A stretch of DNA of 60,152 bases, the filler included, from Sphacelaria rigidula (taxonomy: Eukaryota): NCBI GenBank assembly GCA_964200075.2. It is 10 parts of 10 records of this genome, joined end to end, with 100 filler letters (N's around TTAATTAATTAA, not from the genome) between each part and the next. Parts side by side here need not be neighbours in the genome. Positions count along the whole stretch, not along the records: positions 36,154 to 42,078 come from CAXNAA020023444.1; positions 42,179 to 48,103 come from CAXNAA020023445.1; positions 48,204 to 54,128 come from CAXNAA020023446.1; 7 more parts are not named here. One strand, 5' to 3'. Every line of letters starts with the position of its first letter. Within the stretch, counting starts at the first letter, position 1. A program made the position numbers and the translations under genes. Under the pieces are notes generated by a model that saw nothing but the letters and a program-made list of their open reading frames with translations, made no database searches and was not told the origin of the DNA. Shown here piece by piece: positions 36,874-49,189 of the stretch.

Positions 36874-37709
36874 GGTGGGGTCTTATCAGAAGTGATCATC
36901 ACTTTCGAAGAAATCACTTTTGTGAAAAACGATCGATCATTGATTGCTGCGATACCCCCCCCCCCCACCCCCCCTGAAAGTGCCAAAAAATCACTTTTGC
37001 AAAGGTGATATCAGGAAGTAAAGAAACACTTCCTGAAATCACTTTTGTACGAGTGATTTTGTGACACCTCGAACGGGAACATGAAACATCCCGTTGACAG
37101 GGGCATAACTGAAGTCTTGACAGACAAGTCAAGACAATCAAACGTGAAAATGAGGATCGCATTTGCCCTCCCTAACCAAAACACACCGCTCTATTCATTG
37201 CTGCTCATCAGCTGAGCACGCTGTGCGTGACCTTGCTCAAATCGGTTCAGAATTCAGGGAGAAATAATGATTCGCGTGAGACGCGCGCACAGCACACGCT
37301 CAAAAACAGTCGCCAACAGCGCGTTTTCGGTTGCTATTTGAAACGCACGCGGCCGCCTTTGATCTAATACTGGACGGGTTGTCGTCAAACAAAAGCTGTC
37401 CTGTGTAGATGATCAAGAGCTAGCGCTTGAGCTAACGCGCGTCAGTGGTGAATGTCTATCCGTCGGTTTTCGTGGGGATAGGTGTTTCGGCGCTGTGCTA
37501 CCTCTTTGCGTCTTGTCTGCAGCAGTACAGAGATATTGGACTAACAACCACTTCCAGAACCGCCGCATTTTTTACCTGTGCGCAGATCTGGGCTTCGATC
37601 TGGACAAAACTACTTGCTGATAAGGTGCAGCACTGGTCGTTGTGGGGGCGATCAGTTCTCCATAAGTGATTTTTTGAAAAGTGATAATCATGTCTGATAA
37701 GACCTCGCC
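36874..37709. mobile_element. PIF/Harbinger (Tourist-like) non-autonomous element
   Basis: Imperfect TIRs of about 45 bp, GGTGGGGTCTTATCAGAAGTGATCATCACTTT ... AAAGTGATAATCATGTCTGATAAGACCTCGCC, with a 3-bp TSD TAA on both flanks. Confidence 0.85.
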
Positions 37710-37902
37710 TAACTGAGTTTGTTTGACGTGAGTTGACGCGGTGCGGGTTTGCTGATAGTCATGACCCAATCCGCGAAACCAAACTGCAACGCGTATACCG
37801 GGGAGACATGGGTTGATCCCTTGAGACTACTGACTCGTCCCGACGAAGGGGAGGGGTTCAAAATGCGACAAGGAAAATAATAAATACAACTATTGCGTTT
37901 GT

Positions 37903-39900
37903 TCATACATTAAACAAAAGCCGTTTACATATCTTATCCCCGTCCTGTTTCGCCATCTGTGGCCACCACATGTCCCCTAGTATAGCCATCGTTTTCTCCC
38001 TACTGTCTAATTCATCGAACGATTTCATGCCACCTTCGTTCAAGTCCGGTATTTCTACCTCTAGCACGTCCTGTTTCTCCTTCTGTACTTGTAGTCCACA
38101 TTCTGCCACATTATGACTTCTGCTCTCTATTGCTTTGCCACAGGGACAATTGTGTGCATCTACTTCCTCCTCCTCTCGACCTTTGGTATAGCCCTTCCTT
38201 CTTTCTGACAGGTCCAGGCCCCCCACTAGAAATCGCAATTTCAAATTCTCGGCCGCGTCCATTGGGCCATGTGAATATGCTTTCATCCATATCCTCTCTC
38301 TAGCGCCTGTGTATCTTACAGTGTTCGTCCTTGTCTACTTTGCGTCTGAGCGTTCATTTTTCTCTCATTTTCATCATGTCTCTTACTTTTGTATTGTACA
38401 CCGCACCTTCACCTATGGGCAGTATTTCGTCTTGGTTTCCTCTTATATCCTTCCATACTTTCTCGACTTCTCTATCCCACCTTATTCCAGCCTACCCTTT
38501 CGTCGTTTTCTTCTATACAACCCTATCAACTATGGTTGGCAATCTCCTTCTCTGCATGTTTTTAACGCTATATCGTCATTCAGTTCTCTCGTGTACCTGT
38601 TTGTTTCAAGTGGGTACATTTTTGACTCTACTCTCAATGCTGTATTTCTCGTCGTTTTCGAGCATCCAAGTATCTTCTTGACTACTGCCATCTGTACTGT
38701 TCCCAGCTTCTTCACCAATTCCACGTTCCCTTCCCATACTTCTCCTGCATATTCCAGCTTCGTACAATCACGTTCAATAGCATCATTCCCCCTGTATCGT
38801 TCAGAATTTTACAGAATGCTTTCCCTACCGTGCTCAGTAGCGTTATCTCTCTATAATTCCCCGGGTTAGCCTCGTCTTTTTTCTTGAAAAGATTGACGAC
38901 TACTCCTTCTCTCCACCTCATGGGTGTGTACTCGTTTTCCCAGATCCAGCTGTACAGCAACTCGTTGTAGGCTGTCACCCAAATGCCAGATGATTAGTAG
39001 GCTTCGGGCCGAACAATCTAAGCAGGATGCAGCTCACNNNNNNNNNNCGACGCTTCGCGCTTGGTGATTGAGTGCGAGCCTGATCCGGCGAAAACCCGGC
39101 GTGCTCCGTCCCGGCGTGCATGATCATGAGTACACCCCCCCTTGCTGCCTCTCTGTTCTTGACTTTAGCCGCGCACTCCTTCACTTCATCCCTGGTGAAC
39201 TCTCTCTGCAAATCTCTCGAGCCACTATCTTCCCGTTTTGATGCCTCTATATTTGCCTCTGCCCACGCGTTGATTTCTTTTTCATTTTCCGGGTTCTTTT
39301 TAGTTTGGTGTTCCTAGTTCACGGTATTGCTCGACTAGCACTTGTCTCTTCCACTTCGAACTGCTGACCATTTTTCCGTGCTTTGCCCGTGGTGTTGGCT
39401 ATCTCCTTGTCCATCTTTCCCGCCTGGTTTCCCATTATCCCTTTTTTCCCTACTCACATTTTTTTCATGCCAATCAAACGCACAGATAAAAAGACATGCA
39501 CGTGCACACTGGCATCTCACCGGCAAACGCAATACGATCTCGAAATGTTTATTTGCTTTTTTCACGACATCTTCCCATACTCCCTTCTTTTTCTTCTCTA
39601 TTATTTGTTGTACATCCTTTCGAGCTTTGGTATATTCCTCTCATCCTACCACAGTTTAACTCGATATGTATCTCGCGTGGGCCTCCTTCCTTAGTCTTAT
39701 AACCTTTTTGACTTCCTCGCCCCACCATTTTACTGCTTTGTTGCATACTATCAGTCTTTCCTCTATGACTTTACTCGCCATGTTCTTGACCAACTTCTCC
39801 CATCCTTCTATAATCTTCGCTCCTGCCCAATCCATTTTCATTTCGGTATCAACTGCACCCACAGTACGTTTTCCAACAGCTCAGGAAATTTCACTGCATT
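37903..39900 (-). mobile_element. Degenerate LINE ORF2 lacking the central RT core
   Basis: In order: KAVKWWGEEVKKVIRLRKEAH (linker), EFTRDEVKECAAKVKNREAA, WREGVVVNLFKKKDEANPGNYREITLLSTVGKAFCKILND (RT N-terminus), then directly the post-RT KKILGCSKTTRNTALR...YPLE and C-terminal CPCGKAIESRSHNVAEC. Frameshifted. Confidence 0.88.
38970..39140 (+). mobile_element. Poly(C)-ended SINE-like element nested antisense in the LINE
   Basis: Aligns to 45355-45570, spans a 10-N gap, and ends ATGAGTACACCCCCCC. Confidence 0.8.
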
Positions 39901-41007
39901 TTTGGTCAACCAGTCTAGGGGAATGATATCTTCATGAGTTTATTTTCGCGTTCGTATATCGTTTTTTGGCGTGCTACGTGAAAACAATGTGCACGTCATC
40001 CGAGATCGGACTACGACAGTTGACCTCCTCCTGACTGGTGTAGTTGCAAAAGTCACGAAGCAATTGCCCAAGATGGGGTGTATCACAGAGTTGATGGCCG
40101 TTGACCAACTGCGAGGCCTATGAAACAGTCACCCTAGACGGGGCAGAGAGTTTTGAAGCTCTTGAGTTGTTGCATATTTCATCAAGTAGCGCGTTCGGTG
40201 ATCCAAAAGTGCATCGATTATGACATCATCGACTCTCCAACGTCACTGGGGCCTCTTGGCAATTCTCTCGAAAAGTGGGGACGGGTTCTGTCTTCGCCTG
40301 TTCCCCTCCAGTTCCAGATTGTACAGCTAAACAGCCGCTGCGCGAAGCACGTTGGTGGCGTGTGGCTCTTTTTTCGTGGTGTAACGTTCGGCACCATGCC
40401 CTAGCACCCGCACTATCGACCTACCTGTTCACGGCTTCCGTGGATGTCCCAAGCCGCTTGTTCGTTTCCCGCCATTTCATTTTTTGCGCCGGCCGTGAAT
40501 CGGAATGCTGTGATGTAAACTCATGACTTGGGAGTTTCATGAAAGAATATGGAGATAGATCCCTCGGCTTGCCATGGTCTACTTCTCACAGAAAATTGCT
40601 AGGCGCCTTGTCAGCTCGGCGAAATAGACTGACGTTGTTCATGGCATTCTCAACATCTCGATCGATGCTCTTTTTCCCGTGTACAAGACTGCTACTATAA
40701 GTTCAGTAGAAGAGGATAGCTTGCCCGTGACTTGGTATGACGGAAGTGGGAGAAGGCCGTGCTGCACCACGGAGAGGACGCCTCATGAACAGTAACTGGG
40801 GGAACAAAATGTTCTCCGCCTGCAGGTGAAGTACAATGCAACGTCCTTCATAGCAGCTGAAGATCCCGCACCACGGACTATGCGTCTGTGAAGGCAGGTC
40901 TATGTGGTGAGAATCCAGCACCGCCTCTGAGCCTTGTGGTAGTGTAATCGTGTTTACTGTATGTCATTGACGAATTGAAACATTGTATCACTATGATCTC
41001 GAAACAG

Positions 41008-41195
41008 GTATGATTCCTGTGGAGACTGCCGGAATCCAACTAGACGACGACAGTTGGGACAAGCGGGACGACCAACAAGGTGGAAGCGCGCCAGGCAGCA
41101 GCGACGCGCGTGAACCGGAACACGAAGGAGCTGCGGGGGGGGGGAACTACTCTAGCCTTTCCTTTGGCTCGCACACCAAGTACACAATGGTTTAA
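41008..41195 (+). CDS. MFS transporter, last exon
   Basis: CAG|GT acceptor. Encodes (G)MIPVETAGIQLDDD...KYTMV*. PxETAG corresponds to the PETKG-type motif after TM12 of sugar-porter/SV2-related MFS proteins. Confidence 0.8.
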
Positions 41196-42189
41196 ACAAT
41201 ACTGTATATCGGAGTCAAAACACGCACGGCTCATGGGATTCAAACGAGTCGTGATGCTTTCTATACGTGTTCTCCTTCTTCCCTCCGTGCGGCGTGGTCT
41301 AGCTGTTTCACGCCCCGTCTGCCGCCTTTTCTGCTTGTCCCAGCGTACCCTGTTTGTCGTACCTCTGTGGGGTAGGACGAGGAACCTACTTCTTTTCTTA
41401 TTTATTTTTTTTCCCGTGTTTTTGTTTGTATGCGGACTGAGTTGAATCACCCCCCGTGCGGGCGATTATAGTTTTTCACGCTTAAGATGAATACCGCTGC
41501 CAACTCCTTCAGCAGGAATCGTCATGACTGCGTGTACCACTTTTTTGGACGTTTATGGGTACGATCATTATTACAGTTGACCGTCTTCGTGTGTTGAAGG
41601 CTTGATGGACTTATGACTGAACTTGTAGTGCGTTTCGTTTCAAATGGCTGTCTTCTGTATCCATTCTGTACCACCACAAAGTAACCCAACTGCATCGGAA
41701 CCGATGCTTTTTCTGTTTATTACGTTGGCCAAGCCTACCGTCCTAGCCCGCCATATGATATTTTGTGGGCACTTCCAGCACAAGGTTTTACGTTCGACGA
41801 ACCGCTCGCAATTGGTGTAGTGGTGAATTATTTGAGGCTTACTTCAACTTGCAACTTGGCTGTCACTGACTGCGGCTAACCATCCGTTCTAGTTAGGATA
41901 GGCATTTATTTACGGAGGGGACCGCGTTTTCCCTCTCCTGCATCGTTGTCGTGATCCCCTATAGGCTGAAGTTCCCGCAACAAATTTATCTCTTGAAAGT
42001 CGTCTGCACCTCGACCACTTGAATTCCCACGCCACCCAACCCCCCCCACCTCAACACCCCACCCCCAGCCACCACAACNNNNNNNNNNNNNNNNNNNNNN
42101 NNNNNNNNNNNNNNNNNNNNNNTTAATTAATTAANNNNNNNNNNNNNNNNNNNNNNNNNNNNNNNNNNNNNNNNNNNNGCGCACACACA

Positions 42190-42231
42190 CACAGAGAGGT
42201 GTAGACGGGCCTACAGAATAGATGAGACGAC

Positions 42232-42292
<61 letters not shown>
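42190..42292 (+). repeat. (CA)n microsatellite with a conserved leader, shared with 24130-24183
   Basis: GTAGAC.GGC...CAGAATA.ATG.GACGACAACACACAC occurs near the start of two different contigs, suggesting a (CA)n-tailed retroposon end. Confidence 0.65.
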
Positions 42293-42294
<2 letters not shown>

Positions 42295-42338
42295 GCGCTC
42301 GGGTGAAGCAAACATATAGGTACCACCCTGAAGTATGA

Positions 42339-42426
42339 AGTAATATGACTTCGGTTTAATAGTAATATGACTTCGGTTTAATAGTAATATGACTTCGGTT
42401 TAATAGTAATATGACTTCGGTTTAAT
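42339..42426. repeat. Perfect 22-bp minisatellite, four copies
   Basis: AGTAATATGACTTCGGTTTAAT at 42339, 42361, 42383 and 42405, with no spacers. Confidence 0.95.
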
Positions 42427-45284
42427 GTTTTCTGTTGGATCCAGGATCCAAAGTTGTAGTGATCGCGTTCGCCTTGAGTGTCTGTTGACGAATTCATCGC
42501 TTTCTTTCCTCCCAAGCAGTGGCACGTCTGTCGCACCTCTCAGTTCCCGCACCACACACGCCTCCCTCCCCCCTGTGCCACCCTTAGTTGGCCGTACAGA
42601 AGAAGTTCGTAAACTGACCGAAAACCAGAAGCTGCAGAATGATCTGCAAAATATATGACAAGCTGTTTAGGTGGACCCAGCTTTCCCTACAGCTTCCTCT
42701 GTAGGGTGTGACGCGGTCTCCGTGCAATCCAAAAATAGTCGTCTCACCGGCGTTTTTCGAAAATTATCAGTTCGGTATTCCTGACGCCTGGTCAACTCGT
42801 ACCGATCTTTCGGATACACTATACACCCGCTGTCTATGCTTAATACTACGATACGAAATTAGGTCTTGATCAGCGAAAACAGACAAGAGGTGTGTCGTTT
42901 TTATTGACGTGGGTCACCCCTTGTTGACCTATTGACTCTCAAAAACTGATGTTCGCTCAGAGTGTGAACCTTGCACCATTTCATGCATCTCTGTGTAGGC
43001 AATGCCTTCGTGAGCACTTCTGTGTTATTTTGGGTAGCTATCACCTCCGGCATGCAAGAACCGATTTTGTGTTTACTGACGGCAGAAAAGACGCCAAGCC
43101 TGCCGTAGATCCCAAAATAAATACAATCCTGTAATGGGTATTTCTTTACTGGTCGGTCACCCCTCGATCGATTTCTAACCACGGATCCCGACCCACATGG
43201 CGGACCTCGCGTCAGTTGATGCATTTCCGTGTGGGCAAGATGATTTTGTGAGCTCTCCGATATCTTTCGAGCAGCTACCGTCTCCTGCTGCACGCAAAAA
43301 TTGATTTCGCCGCCCAGGCGGAATCTGCCGCAGCTGCTAAATTGAATACGAACCTAGTAAAGTTGGGGATGTTCAACATTGCGATCCGCAGCTCAAGCCT
43401 CAAGCTTACCTGCCGTAGATCCTAGATTGAACATGGATCGCCTGGGCGGCACTTATGACTTTTGCAGCCCTTCAGAACGTGTAGGAATGTCAGATACTCA
43501 CAACACGCCTGGTAGCCGTTCGGGTCGCTTGAGCGTCACCGAGCTCGAACATGAAAGCGTCACTATTCCCTTCGACAAAATAAGTTGACCGGGGGGGCGC
43601 GCGCTCCTTTCGATGCGGTGTGTACTCGATCGATATGTAGTTTGAAGAATGCAGCATGTCGACTTTGTCAACTATTGGCGAAATTCTTTCAATGTGTTGG
43701 CCGGAAGGCGTTTTCACTCGTTGTTGTTATGTGGCGTTGTCGCATAGCGCGGTATGAAGCCCTTTTTCATTGTCGGGTAGATTCCTTCTTTTCTTCGTGT
43801 CATGCCTTCCATTAATTGCTGTCTCCTCTGTGTTTCTTTTGAAATATATTTCCGTGATGTTCCACTGTATCAAATAATAACAACACGACTTTGCGTTGTC
43901 TATCCTCACCACCTTGCTTGCTGGGAATGTGTTTCTTCGGGAGCAAGGTGTGAACGCCCACTGCCTCAGGCTAACTCCTAGATCGACCTCATGGGACCAA
44001 AACATCATTTTGTTTGGCCGACGTGGATCGCTGTTTTTTTTTGTTCACCGGATTTTGAGCCGAGGCAAGAAAAGGTGTCTGGAAGTTGCACCCATGAAGA
44101 TGGCGTGGCCGAGGAGTTTTGCACCTGTACAACAGCACCCAAAGAAGGCGCGACGGCTGCACAGCCAACACTTGGCTTTTGCAACTTTGTATAGATGAGT
44201 TGCACTGGGTGCCCACCCCAATTCTGTCCAGACCCGAACACAGCAGTAGTACAGCAGCTCAGGCAATGTCTGGCGCAGATGAAACCATCCTCTCAGACTT
44301 TCAATGCATCACGGTACAGCGACAACAACAGTATAGAAATGAAGGATCAGGGCACAAAGCGCTTTTTTCGGTTCACACAAGACGCAACAGCCAATAAGCA
44401 CATCGCGGTGCTTCTGACAGTGTACAGCACTGCAGTCTCATTCCAATAGTCGTACCGACCGGGACACAACAACAGTACAGCAATTCGGGCAATCCCCAGC
44501 GAAGATCAAACCGTTTTCCTAGGGTACAAACGACTACACTACATGGTGTACGCAAACAGCACAGGAGTGATGGATCCGGGCACGATGCGCTTTGTTCGTT
44601 GCGAAAGACGAGTTATCCAGCAGCACATCGTGACATTTTTCAGTAGAACAATACAGGACTGCGTGCTGAAATCATTGATGTTGTACAGCGCGGAATGCAA
44701 CAACAACAGTACAGTAGCTCTCAAGTAAATCCCAGGGAAGACGGAACCGTCTTCGCAAGCTGTAAACACACCAAAGTCCCAGCTTACAACCTATGAGAGC
44801 GTGTAAACGGTTTTGTGCTGCAGTACAGTGAATCATGACGTGTTCAATGCGGTTTTAGTTCTTCACTTGTTCTGGAACAGCTCCCGATTCTGGGGTGGGC
44901 GTTCAAAATATTGCCCCGAGTTTGATCAGAAACCCACTCGGTGACCAAAAATCGAAATTGTGGGGGTCAAGTTCGTTCAAAATCGTCACTGATGTCGTTC
45001 CATTTAAATGCGGTTTTTCACAAGCCCTCCAAAACGGTCGGGGTTCTATTTCAGACGAGTCCGATAAGAGGTGTTGTCATTGCTTCCTGCTGCAAAATAG
45101 CGAAAAACAAATACAGCTTGGTATTTTAGCAAATGCCGACAAAACTGGTCAGATTGATGTGACTGAATACAGAAATATGTAACACTCTTGACAAACTTTC
45201 AGTTTCAGGGATGTGGCAGCGGCCGGGAGTATAATCAAAAGGATTCAGGCAACCCCTCCTTCCCCCCCCCCCTCCTCCCCCCCC

Positions 45285-45590
45285 CATGAGGCAGTGTCTA
45301 AGCCGTGGCTGTCTCGGGGAGTGGCAACACCAGAAAATGAAGCAAGCCATTGGAGGCTGTCATCCAAATGCAAGATAATCAGTGGGCTTCGGGCCGAACA
45401 ATCTTAGTAGGATGCAGCTCACCCTCGACTCGCCGAACAAACTACGGCGCTTCGCGCTTGGTGATTGGGTGCGAGCCTGGCCCGGCGAAAATCCGGCGTG
45501 CTCCGTCCCGGCTGTGTAGGGATGCGAGGTCAATGGTCACTATGGCATGCATGGTCACGAGTACACCTCCCCTTCCCCCCCCCCCCTCCC
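45285..45590 (+). mobile_element. Longest copy of the poly(C)-ended SINE-like element
   Basis: Non-coding body found in several other contigs. Its 3' end GTGCTCCGTC...GGGATGCGAGGTCAATGGTC...GAGTACACC(C)n is homologous to the LINE terminus. C-tracts lie on both sides. Confidence 0.82.
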
Positions 45591-48203
45591 ACTACAGTAT
45601 ATTCCGGCGTTGTACAACATTTTTACATGTGGTGCAGGAACTGAGAGATGTGCCAGCCCATGCTGCGGTGCAATGTCTACTTTCTTGCTAGCATTGCTCT
45701 AATTTTGATACCTATTTTCGCTCTGCCCGCGATTTTTTCATCTGTTGACATTTCTCAGCGTGTTCACGTTTTTACTTTCATCGTAGGTTAGTGTCTTCTC
45801 TATCTGGACGCGATCGTTTTCTTGTTCTTTTCACATGTATGGTGATTCATATGCATGGAAACGCGTGGCCACATTGGACGACGGAATTTGAATTGCAATA
45901 GCAACGCGCCAGGCGTTAGCGTTTTGCGATACATTTTATCATCACTTTGATGTTGAATATGTTCTCCCCTCATGTCGACTGATGACTGGCTTTATCGGGT
46001 GTTTAGTAGATCGTGATTTACCTCGTATGTTCATTTGTCGACTCCGGTGTTGAAAAGAGAGATTGTGTCTTGCTTTATACAAATGTGCGAATCGAGGCAT
46101 TTTTCGCTCCCCTCTCCAAGCTTGAGGAGCATATAGGAATGAAGACGTGTATTTAATCACTGTTTTCCGAGCCAGCTTTGCGGAAAGAGGTGAAAATTTC
46201 GACCGTCTTTTGCGGTGCTTCTTTCTGTGCACCTTTGGCATGGCCTCGTATCCAAGGGAATTGACTTTGACAACACACTGGATACCGGAAGCGAAGTTCT
46301 GAGGAAATTCAGCCACCGGGCGTGAATGACAATTTTTTCTTCGCAGTCGCATTGATGCGTTGGACTCATAGACACATATCTGTTTTATTCTAACCCCTTC
46401 TTCTGCGCTCGTGTCTGATGTTCTTCTGCTCTAATTTTTGCAACCGTGCGTATTTCGTGTTCGGATGAACCTTTTTTTTCGGGCCTCATCTCCGCCTTCT
46501 TGTTGTCTTTGCCACAAAAGAAACCGCAGCGGGGGTTCGGCGGGAAGACGTACCCAGCGACGAGGAGTCGCGTGTGCTGACTTTCATCGATCAGCCGGGT
46601 CATGAGAAGGTGGGATTTCCAGCAAAACAGAAGTTTCCTCACTATGCAAAAACAAGGTAACATTGTTCATCTGTATATGCACGTACACAACAGAGTGTAA
46701 CTTTCTTTTATTCCTCTGGAAGTTCCAGATTCTATTTTCTACTGAAATATGAGGGGCAGGGGGAAAGATGTTTTCAAGAAATACCCCGAGCACCTGAAAT
46801 ATTGTGGAAATAGGAGCCAGTGGATCATTTGAATGCCTAAATAACCGTCATATTTTACTTCCGAGAGTTGTAAATTTGACGAAAATACGGTGAGATCGCG
46901 GCACGACTCTGGCCATGTGTTGAGCGCCAAAACTACTCGACGAACCTCGCGAGCATGCAAGCAAGTTTCTGGGCTGTCTGACGAGCTTGTATACTTCGTT
47001 AAATATATGGTGATAGCCGTAAGTTGTTTGGCCTTCACTGACCAGCCGGATCATGCGAAAATATGAGATTTTATCCCATCAACAGCTTTGTAACTCAACG
47101 CTAGCCGGTGCCCACCGCCAACACGCTCTGTTTATTTTTTCGTCGTCCTTTTTCATCCACCCCCTTCCTCGGGACAACTCAGGTACCTACCTGACATTTT
47201 GGGGTGAAGTATCGCATTGGCACTCCCGCACATCGTTGACTCTCGTCATTTTTTATCCTCTGCTCGTGTTCTCGCATCCTGACCGATGGGAAGCAGGTGT
47301 TGTTCGAGAATACCGTATCCATCGCGATTCGAACACGTAACCTGACACCCTAACTTGCTATTGACGTACCTCTTGGGTTACCACAACGCGGCAATGTATG
47401 CTTTGTTTTCCCGAACGTTACAACCAGACCCCTCTTTTTGCACGCTGCTCGTACTCACCATAAGCCGGCATTGAAGAAGAGGTCACTTCGCGTTTCCTCC
47501 TAGATTTGGGGAGCGTGCAGAGAGTTTGTGTCCATCAGCTCCATGTTTATGCGGAGAAGTCGTTTGCCGACGCACGTTGGGTTTCTTCCCTGAATCATCT
47601 TGTAGGGTAGAAGGTCGCGTATTCGAATCCCGAATTATACGGTCCTTTTGACCAAAACCGGGTTTCTCATGTCGTCTTTGTACTGATGGGTCACCGTTCG
47701 ATCTATCGTTTCCCCAACACTGATTTTAGCCCATCGTCCGCCTTGCTCCATATATATATCTATATAAATAGATCTTTGCTTCGCATCGCGCTTCCAATTT
47801 TCCCATCCTTTCTAACATTAGAATGTAATGGAAGAGGAACAGAAGAGACAGACGCCTTCAATGAAGAGCGATGGGACTCGCCTTCTTTGGCGGCATCTGA
47901 GCCGCCGGTGTGAAGGAGAGAGAGTCCTAGAGCTGTTAGGGCCCTTTTGGGATCCCCCTTCTTCACAATCCACTTTAACAGGGGATTGGCCCCATAACGA
48001 CCAGTCCCCAGTCCTATCGACAAGCAGTTTTGTACAGATTCGAACCCAGATCTGCACGCAGGTTGAGAAATGCGGCGGGTCTGGAAGTGGTCGATAGTCC
48101 AAGNNNNNNNNNNNNNNNNNNNNNNNNNNNNNNNNNNNNNNNNNNNNTTAATTAATTAANNNNNNNNNNNNNNNNNNNNNNNNNNNNNNNNNNNNNNNNN
48201 NNN

Positions 48204-48275
48204 GCTTTGTAGGGATGCGAGGTCAATGGTCTGATGACTATGGCAAGCATGATCATGAGTACACCCCCTCCCCCT
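48204..48275 (+). mobile_element. 3' end of poly(C)-ended SINE-like element at a contig start
   Basis: GCTTTGTAGGGATGCGAGGTCAATGGTCTGATGACTATGGCAAGCATGATCATGAGTACACCCCCTCCCCC. Confidence 0.8.
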
Positions 48276-49189
48276 CGCAAAATGTGGATCATATAATCAT
48301 TTTGGGTGTGGTGCAGGAACCGAAAGATATGCCCCCTACAAGCATGCGAAGTTTCATTTTCCCTTCTGCTTTACAGAAAAAATTGAACAGTTGTGCGTGT
48401 GAATCGCTGCTCTTGAGTGGTAAAAAGTTGGTTTAATTTTCACAGAGAGATTAAGCCACATTGCACGTTATGCTTGCCTCAGGTAGGGCCCCCTTCCCCG
48501 CTGGGGAGGGCATTCTGCGCCGATCTGCACAGTGGCGTGGCGGCTGCTGGAAGACGAATACGTTGACAGTAAATCGGGAACACGTTGTACATATTGGCGG
48601 GGTCAACTTCTGATATAAATTAGAGAGTCGTAATGGCAAGTGCGACGCCCCTCAAGGATAATGGAGGGGTTTTCGGAATTTTCCCTTCAACGTAGGGTCA
48701 CGGAAGAGTAGGACCACAACGATGCGGTCAACACCCTCCCTGCGAATGTTCGCAACACGCCTTCGACATTCTACGTCGCCGCATACGAGTTGCTTTCGCT
48801 CAGGGCTAGACATCAGTGACCATTGTATTGCAATATATTAACACCCGGCATAAGGAAAACCATCTTGATTAGCTGGTTGATTGATAGATTGCCGCACATT
48901 AACTGATGCCCGACAGATCCAGCCGTAGTTACGATAAAGACGGCATCAATACTCTCCTTTTCGGAAATATGAGCAAGGTTGGGAGAAGAAGCAGTCCAAC
49001 TTCGGCCTGTTTTTTTTCTCCAGTTTCGCCGGCTTCGCGCGGTTCGCCCCAAACGAGTGTCTTTCAGCTTTCCCACCGAAAATGATTCTTCTACCCCAGC
49101 AGAAATAGCTCAGAAATCACCATCCTCACTTGTAACCTCCGTCGAACAGCCTGCCCGTCTTCTGTTGAGGCATGTCCGCTGCTGGGAGT

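Noticed and set aside
42339..42426. Possible CRISPR array
   Set aside because: Four contiguous identical 22-mers with no spacers and no cas genes, in a eukaryotic context. It is a minisatellite.
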